Source: Camelus ferus (lineage: Eukaryota). Taken from it: DNA of 64,000 bases. Of this stretch, positions 38,975 through 50,820 are shown piece after piece. How positions within the stretch are numbered: the stretch's first letter is position 1; the number at the start of each line of letters is the position of its first letter. Below the pieces are notes generated by a model. It was not told the origin of the DNA. It did no database searches and saw only the letters and a program-made list of their open reading frames with translations. The position numbers were made by a program, and so were the translations under genes. The DNA lies in the NCBI RefSeq assembly GCF_009834535.1, contig NC_045697.1, positions 50,036,001-50,100,000 on the forward strand, read 5' to 3'.

Positions 38975-39877
38975 AAGTTGACATAATCTTAAATTTTGCT
39001 ATTATTCCTTACTCTTCAAGACCAGTATGTTGTTCTTTTTTTAAGCTCCTGTTCTTTTTGGCCATTACTAAATAAGTAGATGTTTTTATTTAAGTCAAAA
39101 AGTACCATAAGTCTTGTTGGATGATGATGCTAGAGGGTATATCAACCTGGGTGACTTTAACACCAGCCACATCAAGGAGTGCCAGCCCTGCAAGGTGGGG
39201 AACAAGTGCTCACAGGAGACAGGTTTGATTTTCGTGAGGACTTCACTTCTATCTATTGCTTGAACTAAAACACAATTCATATTTCAGAGTCACCGATGAA
39301 GGCAGAACGCAGAGTCTGTAAGGCCACGAGCACTCCCAGTCTGTTCTAGCTTATTTGTGACTAACTTACACCCTCCACACTCAGCACACTCAGTCTCAAA
39401 CATTACTGTGAAATTGTCAGTTGTGCTTCCTTTAGATTCAAACCACTTTTCATCATCAGGCTATTTTTAGTTATTCAGAAAATTCTCAAAAGTGGTCAAA
39501 GAGTAAAAGTATCTTTATCTTCTCCAGCTGAGCTCAAAGGTGATATTTTCTTAACTGGCCAGAGAGTTTTAAAAGTTTTAGCCATTTTAAAGTGATACCC
39601 ATGGCCAAAAAAAGTGCTTACATTTTAAAAAGAAGTGTTTTGTATGAGCATAGCTAAAATAAAAAAAGAGCTGATTTTAAAGTTTAGCTTTTGTAAACTT
39701 CAATGAAAACGAAAAGCCTGACTCATTTTTTTTTGTTTTGTTTTTAAAGAAAAAGCTATTTGGAAACACTAGACACAAGCAATTGATAATAAGCAAGTTT
39801 GCCAATGTCTCATTTTGGGGGGCTCCAAGGCAAAATTTAAATTGTCTTTATTTTGCCAGTTCTCAAAAAATGTATTT

Positions 39878-40675
39878 TAATCATTCAGTTCAACAAATAT
39901 ATTTTGAGTACCCCCTAACTGTCATTTAGCACTGGGGGCACCAGAGAAAACAAAAGAGACAAAATCTGAAGGTGGAGGAGGTAAGGGATAGAGGAGGTAC
40001 ACATTAACAAAAAAGCAGAGGCAAGAGGGAGACAAGGGGCCCTTGGGACTATGGTGTTGGCAGATGGAACAGACAGCAATTTAAAAATGTTGGTCAAGGT
40101 CAGCCTCAATGAGAAGACGATGTCTGAGCAAAGGTTTTAGGGAGGTGAGGGAATTAACCACGTGGATTTCAGAGAAGGTGTGTTCCAGAAACAGGACCGA
40201 GCCATGGCACGTGATAAGGAAACCAGTGTGGCTGGTGCAGGGCAAGCGGAGGAGAGGTGGAAGCCCAGGTCCAAGGATGAAGGCGGAACAGCTCATGCAG
40301 GTCTTGATGGTCACTTTAAGGCCTGGGCTGGGATTCTACTCAGAGTGCAACAGGAAGCCATTGCAGAGCTGTGAACAGAGCAGTGGCTTCATCTGATGCA
40401 TTTCCACTGGACCGACTGCTGCTCTGTAGAGACCAGATCTTAGGTGGGAAAGGCTAAAAGCTGGTAGACCTGAGAGGAGGCCCCTGGAGTACTCCAGGAG
40501 GAAGAGAATGGTGGCTCCCACCTCAGTGACAGTGATGGAGGTGGCAAAAAGTGTCTGACTTCCGTATACATTTTGAAAGTCAGGCGAACATATTTTCTTG
40601 AAGGATTGGAGGAGGGGTGTTGAGAGGAAAAGAGACTCAAAGATGACTCATGATTTTCAGCAACTAGAAAGTTGG
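39878..40675 (-). mobile_element. L2 fragment
   Basis: cattcagttcaacaaatatattttgagtacc reverse terminus, plus ggattctactcagagtgcaacaggaagccattgcagag body motif. Confidence 0.8.
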
Positions 40676-41655
40676 ACCCTGAATGATAGCTTTAAAACTA
40701 TGGCCAAAAACCCAAAACATCAAACAAACAAAACTTTCACTCCTTCAACACTATTCATGTGCAATCCGGCACTAAAGTTCCTGTGTCCTTTCCTACTTGA
40801 TGGAAAAGAAAATCAGGTGCCAGAATTTGGACTGTAAGTGAAAGATATTATCATCGAAGTTGTATTCTGTCATTCATCTTATTTTGTATTGAAGAGCCAT
40901 GTGTTCTAAATATCACACCTGGAAACTTTTCACAATTTTTTTCCACACCTAACAGTTACCTATTCACAGATTTTGCCTTAGGTATAAAGGTGCAAATTTC
41001 CACCACAGTCCAATTGCTTAAAGAATTTTTTTTCCAATCTGCCTTGAAATTCAAAGATGCTGCTTCAGGCTCGTAGAAGCACAGCTTTCAAGTGATACCA
41101 ATAGACCTATCCTGCAGGAATTATGTAAACCTTATATAATTAATATTTGTGAGATGTGTTGAGATCCTGGCACAGAAGACAGCATTGAAATCCAAAGCTA
41201 TCTTATAACTTTTTTTTTTAAATCAGCTGCCAGCTATCCAGCTGGCAAGGCTTTGAGTCCCAGCTCCTATGCAAGAACATTGCTACCATTTCATATAGTA
41301 TACTGGGTTGTTTTTTTGGTTTTTTGTTTTTGTTTTTTTTTTTAAAGAAGGGTCACAAGAGGGTAAAGTAATGCAGCATCAGGGAGGCTACAGAAATCCC
41401 ACTTGTTCAGACACAAAGAGCAGTGCGCAGTGAACAGATATGCAGTCCAATTCGAAATGTTTCATTGGAGAGCTGCCTCTGAATCCTAACATTGTATTTG
41501 CTGCTGGGGACAGAGCTCTCCACATCTTCCCGTGAACAGATTGTGATGAATGAAATGGTGCAGGGCGGCTGAAGCCGGGTGAGGCAGGGTTCAAAATAAA
41601 GTCAATCCTATGTCAAACACACATCATGGATGAACCACAGATGAAAGGCCAAAGG

Positions 41656-41839
41656 TAGGGCTGCTAGAGAAAATACAGGATGTCCAATTCCATTTGAATT
41701 CAAGATAAACAATGAAGACTTATTTAGTTTAAGTGTGTCCCAAGCACTATGTGGGTTATACTCAGAATTCACTATTTATTTTGAAATTCAAATTGGACTG
41801 GGCAGCCTGTATTTTTAATTGCTAAATCTGGTAACACTA
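41656..41839. mobile_element. MER53-like palindromic hAT MITE with perfect 8-bp TSD
   Basis: tagggctgctagagaaaatacaggatgtcc ... gggcagcctgtatttttaattgctaaatctggtaacacta. TSD gccaaagg at 41648-41655 and 41840-41847. Confidence 0.88.
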
Positions 41840-42363
41840 GCCAAAGGAAAATTAAAATAGCTTATTTTCATTTAACATTATACCCCCTTGTACCAATGAA
41901 AAACACAGATGAAAACAATTACATAATTGTCTATTTGGTTGTAATGGTTTCTATTACTTACAAAATGGCAAAAGTCTCAAGGGTTCTAAATGACATTAAA
42001 ACAGGTAAAAGAAGTGGGTTACACTGGGGTAAAGGATTATGAAGAATATTTAAAGATCTACACATCAGAAAATCTGATGTTGCATCAATTCCCATCACTT
42101 AAATAATTTAAGCTGTGACTACAGAATGCAATGCCATGAACCATATACACGAATCAGTCTTATTTTATAGTCACCCCACTTGCACATTCATTAACTGGAT
42201 GATAACCTATTAGCCCTGCATTGCCACGTAAAAAACAATCACTGCATGAGGCAGGTACTCACTAATTTGCCCACCTCTTTTCAGAACCACTGCTGTCTTC
42301 TAAATGAAACATTAATTTTTCCAGGCAACTATTTCATCCAATATCTTGTTAGCAAAGCAAATA

Positions 42364-42660
42364 CAGTCAATCCTCCATATCTGTGGGTTCTGCATTTGTG
42401 AATTCAAACAACATCGTATCGAAAATATTGGAGAAAAAAATCAAGAAGTTTCCGAAAAGCAAAACTTGAATTTGCTCCGTGTCAGCAACTATTGTCATGG
42501 CATTTGCATTGGTTTAGGTATAAGCAACCTAGAGATGACTTAAAGTATACAGGAGGATGTGCATAGGTTATATGCCGATACGATGACATTTTATGTAAGG
42601 GACTTGAGCGTCTGAGGATTTTGGTATGGGGGGAAGGTTCTGGATACCAAGGAACGACTA
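42364..42660. mobile_element. TcMar-Tigger MITE (Tigger3a-like) with TA TSD
   Basis: ta|cagtcaatcctccatatc ... gataccaaggaacgacta|ta, with internal agagatgacttaaagtatacaggaggatgtgcataggttatatgc. Confidence 0.85.
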
Positions 42661-43449
42661 TATTTGATTCCTAAACTAACACGTCTGATTTCAGTGATAG
42701 ATGCTTCCAAAAGGAAGGAAACTACTGTAAATGTTGTGGCAGGATTCCTTCCATTGGGATGTTAAAATAGCCAATACCTTTTGAAAATATTTTTAAAATC
42801 TTCCTCTTCATTGTTTCCAGGGGATTCTGTACCCACCACCCCCACCCCTGGGAAAATGATCATTTAAGAAAATCTGCTCCAACTATAAATATTTGGCCAC
42901 TATTTTTCTTATAAAAACACAAGCACAATTAAAGCATGACTAGACCAGGCCCAAATGGTCAAGTTACATTAGAGATCTGGCCGTTATGGATGGTTTTGGA
43001 TTCTGGAGAGACCAGTCTGGATCATTCATACACCATGAGCTGGCTTTTTCTAAGTTATTTGATCAGAATTATCCAAAATGTGTGGCTCTGGGAACCTGAC
43101 CTCAAGGTTTAGCTGAGTTGGGCTTTTGAAACATACCAGATTGTAAAAGAATTTGTGGAAGGAATAACATCTTTGCTGAGACTCTACTGCTGTTTGTTAC
43201 TGAACAATTTTTTTTTTGGACTTTTGTGCTAAATCTGAGCTGGCACATTATTAACCTTTTCAAATTAGGCATTTAGTAGGCTCAGCTGAATATTTTCTTA
43301 ATTTGCACAAGAGGGTTTGCCAGAACAGCTGGCACCATGCTGGAGTATTAGTTGAGATCTTTGATTTACATAGTCCAAGCACAAACACATAAACTTCGCT
43401 TTTGGAGAGGATGACCTAATAGATGCCGAATATAGTGAACTTTATTAAT

Positions 43450-43700
43450 GAGAATAATAGCAACCACAATCGCTAATCCTTATTGAGGATTAACATATAA
43501 TTATAATCCAGGCATAAGGTATATTCAGTCATTTAACACTTTCAACAATCTTATGAAGTTTTATTCCTCCAATTTCATAGATAAGAAAACTCAACAGTGG
43601 CTAGATCATGCGCCAAAAATTACACAATTAGAAGGTGGTAAAACAGCTTTGTACTGAGGCAATCTAGCTGCTGAATCTGCATGCTTACCACTTTGCAACA
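43450..43700 (-). mobile_element. MIR SINE
   Basis: tttattcctccaatttcatagataagaaaact reverse core. Confidence 0.6.
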
Positions 43701-46264
43701 CGGCCTCAGTAAATGTATCTGATAACCATAGGGAGTTTCCACCTTCTCAGGTCAGATTTCATCCAAAGGAGGTGTCACTCTGTGAACACACTTCAGGGGA
43801 ACAGAAGGTAACCAGGCTAAAGGGATGCAAGCAACCCTTTACCTCCACTCTCAGCCAACCATAGACAACTTTGCTGTTCCTGTAAATGTGTGTCCACTTT
43901 GGGTTTATTTTTAGTATTTTTATGATAAGATTTATGATAAGACTTGGTATGCTTATGAAAAGGCCCTGACATATATTAGGACTAATAGCTGTAAATGTGT
44001 AGGTGGGGTCTTCCTTCCAGGATAAGGACATTCTAGGTGTTAGTCACCTGGGAGAAGAGCTATCTGACAGGCCCAGGACACAAATAGGCTCTCTAGCTGG
44101 GTAGCAGACTGGAATCCAGCTCTGCTGATCTTGATCACCAAGCGGCCAAGAAGTCAGCCTGGGTTGTGGGGTGGAATGCAGCACTCTCCTGGGGTATGGG
44201 GGTGGGGAGACCAGGGGCAGACAGGGCAGAATCGGGGCAGGAAAAAACGAGTCAAGGAGTTTGTGCCTCTCTTACTTATGCTATTTCCCCTTTGAACTCC
44301 TTGAATGTTTGGAAAAGGCTTTTGGAAGGTTCCAGTATATCTCAGATATCTCAGTTGAGGGAATTTTTAAACACAGTGGGCCACAGAGCACTGGAGGGCA
44401 GCAATGATGGTGGCGGGGATGAAGGAATCGAATCCAGAGAGGAGAGGGAGTGGGATGAAGATGGAAACTTTCATTTGTCTGCCATCCTCCCTCCCTTCTT
44501 GGTTCTGCTGCCAAACCTTGGAGGTTCCGGCTTGTATTTTAATGTAGAGGCAGCCCTTCCTGTATGCCTAGAGGACTGGCCTTCGAGGTGTTTGGGGATG
44601 GTTTGTAAAATTGCCACTCTTCTTTTCTGCCACAATAGACTTTGAGAGAATTGAAGACAATTCAAGGTGGCTCTCTTCCTTCTTTTTCAAATACAAGTGA
44701 AGATGTGTAGAGATTTACTTTTGCTGTATTGTTGACAGTGCACACATATGTACAAGTGTCTATTATAGAAGCTGAAGGAAATGCCATGTATATGTATTGA
44801 GTAGATTTATTAAGCTAAAAATAAAAAGTCCCCTGCAAAGTCCCCATTCCTGGCTCAAGAAAGTATCACCTTAGGAGTTTTACAGAAAATTTCCTGTAGC
44901 CTCTAAATCTGGAAAGGTAAAAAAGAAAAAGACTTTGCCAAGAGAGTTTCAGGAGTTCCAGTGAAACACGCATGTCACTTTCACTCCAAGAACCCTCACA
45001 CCTCTCTTCTTTACCAATTTTTTCTAGAAAAGTCATATTTTATTTCTGAAAACACCATACTTTAGGATGTAATGAACCTCCTAATATATTTATGTCTGTT
45101 TTAATATTATTTTCCTGATAACTTAGTGTAAATTCCTCTAACATCAAACTGACCCCCAAAGAGATTCCTTCAGAGGCATAAACTCAGAGAAAAGGATGAA
45201 GCTTCTTCCTTCTCTGTTTGGAAGATGTACTCAGAAACATAAATATGTCTTCTGGTGTCAGGGAAGCCCCAGAACTAGAAGGCTGTGATATTCTTGGCTC
45301 TGACCTTGACACACATGTGCAGAGATGAGAGTGAGGCTGTTCAGCCAGTAGCTCCTGGAGCTCCCAGCCTGCTCACTCTGGACTCGAACAAGATCAAGAT
45401 TCCTGCCACGGAAATAGCTGAGCTAAACTCTAAAGCTGGCCAAGAAGAAAAAAAAATCTTGCATTCCTTAGAGGGGGAAATGCTACATTACACTGCCTCG
45501 TAGGGTTAATCCTGGTTTTGCCAACTGCCAGAGTTGTTAAAAAATTTTTATAAATAATTAAATAAATATTAGCCAACTAAATGAAATTAGCCACTTAATA
45601 AAATTAGCCAACAAATCTACCTACCAGTTCGACTCATTCACTGAAGGTTTTTCTGAGCCTTGAGCCTCATGAAAGGATTTTTAGGGAGGAGAAAGTAAGG
45701 CACCTTTCATGTCTTTTCATAAACCTCTCTGGGCAATCCTCGGTCTCTGGTCTGCCACACTCGCCTGGATCCAGGGGCTCCCAGCCTGGCCCAAGGCTGC
45801 TCAGCCAAAGCCATCAGAGACAAGACCTTTCTGGGAACCGTTTGCAGACGCGCCTGCAAACTGCTCAGACACCAAAGAAAAAAGGAAGATTTCTCTGGCC
45901 TTCAGCAAGTACAGGAAAAAGGCTCTCTATAGCCTCAAGTTGGGAAACTTTCCCTCGAAACTACATTATCCTTTGTGAGTTGCCGGGAAACCTCTAGTTT
46001 CTTTTCAAGGGATCAGTAACGACTTGTGTCCACAATTATAGGAACCCAAGCAAATCAGAAGGAAAAAAATACATACATTGACTAGAAGCATAAGTTACAT
46101 GGCTTGTGTGCGGCTTTGAAACATTCTTATCTAAACATGCCAGTGTCTGCGCAATCGGGCTGCTTTTACACCGGTGCCTCATTTGTAGTCACTTGTCCCT
46201 TGTTAGGCTGCATTTTTTTTTTTTTTTTTTTTTGAAAAACTAAGCACCTTAACTCCAGTCTCAA

Positions 46265-47625
46265 AGCGCTCCTCTGCATCTCTCCTGGCGCCCCGCAAGC
46301 AGAGCCCAGTCCTCCGGCTGCTTTCTTCCCAGCCCCCTGCTAGAGGCCGCCGCGGTCCGTGGTCCAGGCATCCGCGGTGAGCGCGTGGGGAAGCCGTCCC
46401 CGGAGTATGAGTAGGTAAGGGGAGTGGGTGGAACCTGGAGGATGCTAGCTTTAGCCAAGTTAGCAGTGCCTGTCAGGGCACGCACTTTGCGTAGCCTCTG
46501 GGCCACAGGGTAGAATTGCAACCCCCCAGCGATGATCGCAAGTTTGAACAGAGTCGGAGCAGCTTCAGTGGGACTGTTAAGGCCGCATCATCGGCAAGCA
46601 TACTAGACAGGGACGCCAGAGACAGAGACCACCAAGTCTCTGGGAACGCATATCAGCCCCGCGGAACACGCAGCCACGCTTAAAGATTTCCCAGATGCGA
46701 TCCCCTCTGCTCCTCTCTCTGTCTCATCCCTCCCTGGGCCCAACCTCGTCAAGAAGTCTGATGCTTAGACCCAACTCTGGGAGGTGTGCTCCAAGACCCG
46801 AGAAGCCTCGAGTCGCAGTCAGTGTCGCCCACCTGGGGTTCGAACGTGTCGCGCAGCCACCTGTTCCATAAAGCCCGGAGTTTGTGCGGACGGGGGCTGC
46901 GGCAGGAAGAACCCTGTCATCCGTTCGGTCCGGCTCTGCCCATGATCTCCAAAGGCGCACATCACCCCAAATCCAAGTGCGCACATCCCTTTGCGCAACC
47001 CCGGAGGCTCACACCACTCCCACCACCTGCGCGGCGACTTACTTCCCGGCCTCCCCGCTTCAGCCCCTTCCCCAGCACTGGCCGCAGGGCCCATACAGCG
47101 CCCGGCCCCTCCGGCAGGACGGTGCCCCGAAATACCTGCCGTGAAGATGCAGAGAGCGAAGAGAGTCTTGCAGACCATGGTACCTTGGTGCTTGGTGCCG
47201 AGCCCGGCGCGGGCGTTGGGACAGTTTGCCGGGACTGACCGAGCGCACCGGGAACGGGTGGCTCCTCTTCTGCCCGGCTGGCTGCGATGGGAGGCGGGCG
47301 GCCCGGGCTGCTCGGGTGGCGCGAGGGGAAGCGAGGCGAGCGCCGCGCGGCTCCGTCAGCTGCTTGTCCTCCGGCGCCCGGCGCGCTTCTGCTCCATCCC
47401 CGACGCCCGAGCCCAGGGCCGCCTCCGCCGCCGCGCCGGCAGCCGCCAAACCCCTCCCACCCGGGCCCCTCGGCGATGACAAGGCCACCCCTGGCCTTTC
47501 CTCTCCCAGCGCTCGGGTCCCGGGAGTCCCGGCCCAGGGCGGCCTCTACTGGACACTCAGGGCTCGAGACCCACGTTTTGACGGGGTTCGGCAAATGTTT
47601 GGGGCCGCTAGCACTGTGCGGGCGG
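46265..47625. promoter_or_regulatory. PARM1: CpG island / PARM1 promoter, 5' UTR and start of intron 1
   Basis: Abrupt rise in GC and CpG density against a CpG-depleted background, with GC-box-like motifs (gggcgg, ccgcc). It contains PARM1 exon 1. The exact TSS cannot be read from the sequence. Confidence 0.9.
47136..47178 (-). CDS. PARM1: PARM1 coding exon 1 (signal-peptide start, 43 nt, phase-1 intron follows); partial gene, remaining exons lie left of the window
   Basis: Minus strand reads ggtaccATGGTCTGCAAGACTCTCTTCGCTCTCTGCATCTTCACGGCAG|gtattt. This gives MVCKTLFALCIFTA(G), matching the PARM1 N-terminus as I recall it (human MVYKTLFALCILTAG). Strong Kozak context (A at -3, G at +4), GT donor at 47135-47134, located in a CpG island. 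Confidence 0.93.
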
Positions 47626-47964
47626 CTAAGGGGATGCAAAGAAGTGCCAGAAGATCTCTGCTCCCAGGAATTTATGTCCGTTTTTCTTACATGAATTATT
47701 ATCCTTTAAACACGTGTCATCTTAGGTGATGACAACAATATGCCATCTTAGGTGTCGCCTCGAAGAACCAAGACTCCACCACTGTAAGAGAACATACACA
47801 TTTCTTTCCAAGTATTAGAACGGTTTCCTTTTCCTTCATTTCTCCAAATGTTCCTACGTGTACATTAAAACCTCACACATACTCAACCCCACTCCATTTC
47901 CTGGTGCCTGAGCCTGGATGTCTGCTATCACATTCAGCTTCTTACTTGAAGAAATAGTACTGAT

Positions 47965-48150
47965 GTCAGGTAACAGTGATCATAGGATAATTATGAACCA
48001 GGCACCCTACTTGGTGTTGTATGGTGATGTCTTCTAACGACCCTATGACATAAGAATTATTATTCCATTTTACAGATGAGAAAACTAAGGCAAAGAGAAG
48101 ATAAGTAATGTGCTCAAGATCACATAGCTGGATCCCAGAATTGAAGGGCA
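47965..48150 (-). mobile_element. MIR SINE
   Basis: tattattccattttacagatgagaaaactaaggcaaagagaagataagtaatgtgctcaagatcacatagctgg. Confidence 0.85.
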
Positions 48151-49454
48151 TAATAGCAAAGGCTGAGAATTGCTGTGTGTTGGATAACTGTGTTATGCAG
48201 GTGTTAACCAAATCAGGTTATCAGAACAATCATTTGAAGGGGGCACGGTTATAGTTTCATTGTCAGGAGAGAAAATGAAAGCATCAAGAGATCTGAGTAC
48301 TTGCTCAAGCTCAACCATTACTAGATAATGGTAGAGGTAAGATGCCTGCCTAGGGACCATGGGTCATCCCTGTACTATACTCCCTCTTCAAAGCTCTGTG
48401 TGTTCACACAGATCAAAGCTGACTTTCACTTAATCCTCCCCATCACTTTAGACTTGCTTACTTCCACACCTCTATCGGGCCAGACACCAGATCATGTCCC
48501 AATATCTATGTTATTACGAGCCTGGTAGTCCCCTAGTCACTAGAGCTGGGGTGCCACAGGAATTAAGGAGTCTTCCTAAAGAACTGATTTGCTCAGGTGC
48601 ATTCAAAGCTGGAGAACACCTTTCTTCTTCTGTGACTTCTTTCTCATATACCAGCCAGAGTCTCGTGTTTTATCTTCTCCATCTTTTGGGTCTCATGACT
48701 TTCTCTGTGATGACATCAGTTCCTCTGCCTGACCCCACTGCTACCACTTGCAGAGCTTATCATTCTTTCACAACCAGATTCAACTGAGCTCATAGTTTTC
48801 CTTTTGTCTTGGTAAATGTGTTATTGATTCTCATTGAAATGAGAAGTAGAAGACACTATTAGCAAATGCCCATCCCCCTTTCCTCCTCCCTGGCCAGAAA
48901 AACTGCAAATTCAATTTATTAAACAAGTTCTCTTAATGCTTTTGACCTTCAGGTCCTTCCTAGTTCTAGTGTATTCTATGTGATTATGAAGAATTTCTGC
49001 CTCTGGGTGGGGCGTGGGGATGGGGAGGAGCAGGGACCACACACAGATGGAATTTTGCAGGCATGTTCTAGAAGGTACTAATGCTATTAGATTAGGGCAT
49101 TTTAAGTAAGTAACTCTATGACATAAATAAAAGTTTTCCACTTCACAGAAAAAGTTATTCAATTGAAATTCAACAAAACTTTACTGATGTCCCTCACTAG
49201 TGCAAAGCAGGTGTGACTGTCTTTGATATCTATCATGATGGTTTGGTAGCTAAAGAATGGTGAGGCCCACATATGAATCAGTTAACATTTCCAAAGCTTT
49301 TAATTGTACACAGAATAGAACTGAAAAGAATTTCTTTAACTAAAATAATTCATTTTTATTAATGATGAAAACTTTTGATTTATTAATGAGGGAAAACATA
49401 ATTAATCACTTACCAGGTACCAGACCTTATGCTAGGCTGTGGAAATAAAAGGGG

Positions 49455-49790
49455 TTGTGATAGTCAAAGTAGGTGGGTTATGCTGCTGTAATAAACCACC
49501 CCAAAGTCTCAGAGGCTTAAGCAATAATGGTCTATTTATTACTCATCATCATCTTCTGTGGATCCAGGTTACTCCCCAGAGTAGATTTCCTATACATCAG
49601 GACTTAGTGTTATATTCCATATCGAAACCTGCTTCTACACTCACTGAGATGGGGGGAGACAGAGGAGGAGAGTTAAGTGCAGCATTTAAGTCTTCCACCT
49701 GGAAGTGACAATTTTGCTCATATTTTATTGGTGAAAGCAAGTCAAAGGCTATGCTGAACTTCAGAAAAGCAAGAAGGCACATTCTTTGTC
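49455..49790 (-). mobile_element. Old MaLR LTR (MLT1K/L-like)
   Basis: ggttatgctgctgtaataaaccaccccaaagtctcagaggcttaagc ... ttgctcatattttattggtgaaagcaagtca. Confidence 0.65.
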
Positions 49791-50589
49791 ACTGTGACGT
49801 ATGCCACAGTGGTTCATTCTGCTGCCATCAGGAAGTTAATATTCTAGTAGTGAGGAGTCAAACTTTGAACGATCACAGAAGAATATGCAATAATTTATTA
49901 TGTTAAAGTGGTGGGGGAAGGGAGAAATGAGTAAATTTTTGTCGTTGCTGCTTGTTGAAATAAATTGAATAAAAAGAGTTAAAAATATACGCAATACTTT
50001 ATTATGTTAAATGTTATAATAATAATACCTACTAACATTTATTGAGCTTCTATTATATGTTAGGAAGTATTTCAAGCATTTTGTGTAATCTGTTTAAACT
50101 TTACACTCTATACGTTTATCTCAATTTTACAAATAAAGAAACTGAGAGACACTTAACGAAAGTTTAAATATGAAGGAAACCGAAAGGTGATAAGATATAG
50201 CAGGGGAACTCGCACTCCTCAGTGGGGTCAGGGATGAAATTTGCATGTAACCCTTAAGCAAACCGTTAAGACCCTTAGTGTCTTATAGCAAAAGCCAGTT
50301 TCTTCACAGAATTCTTAGTTCTTTCACAATGCTCCACTGGGATAAAATCTAAGTTAAATCTGCCTTTTACTGACTTCCACTCTTTTCTGATCACTGTTAA
50401 AATGAATTTCTAGGGTTATAGACTTTCGACATTGTTTAAAAATTGCCCTTGGTTGACTTAGTTTTTGAAAAACTGAATTAATTATAACTTATAAAGTCAG
50501 ATAATATATGTTAGATAATATGGAAGTGTTAGCTCTGGACTCTGATTCATCATGGCCTAGAAGAGACAGAATAACTCAGTTGAGAGCCC

Positions 50590-50820
50590 TGGGTGAAGCA
50601 GTACATTCAGTGGTTAAAGGCTGAATTCTGATGTCTATTCCATGGTCCCTGAAGGCTGGACTCTCATTCTCTCTCCATCATGGACTAATGACTAACTGAC
50701 TAATTACTTGGCACCTCTATGCCTCAGTTTCCTCCTGGCATCATTGGGAAGGTTAGATGGATTACATACATGAAAGCCTCGGCGTATTCTAAGTGCCCAT
50801 AAATGTTAGCTATTATTAGA
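50590..50820 (+). mobile_element. MIR SINE
   Basis: cagtggttaaagg ... acctctatgcctcagtttcctc ... aagtgcccataaatgttagctatt. Confidence 0.7.

Larger units (their letters stand above)
1..47135 (-). other. PARM1: PARM1 intron 1 (partial, more than 47 kb)
   Basis: Starts at the GT donor after exon 1. The ORF track shows no long Ser/Thr/Pro-rich mucin-like minus-strand frame (the expected exon 2) to the left, so exon 2 is outside the window. Confidence 0.85.

Noticed and set aside
44166..44645. 159-aa + strand ORF containing IESREE, reminiscent of a short stretch of PARM1 exon 2 as I recall it
   Set aside because: Wrong strand for PARM1, GTG start, no Ser/Thr/Pro-rich context. A 6-residue coincidence.
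46819..47135. Continuation of the PARM1 start frame to 119 aa
   Set aside because: This is read-through past the GT donor into intron 1. Similarity to PARM1 stops at the donor.
46724..47729. Many overlapping 66-225 aa ORFs on both strands
   Set aside because: Expected in a CpG island because stop codons are scarce. Most have non-ATG starts and Arg/Gly/Pro/Ala-rich translations. Only the first 43 nt of the 47178 frame is supported as coding.
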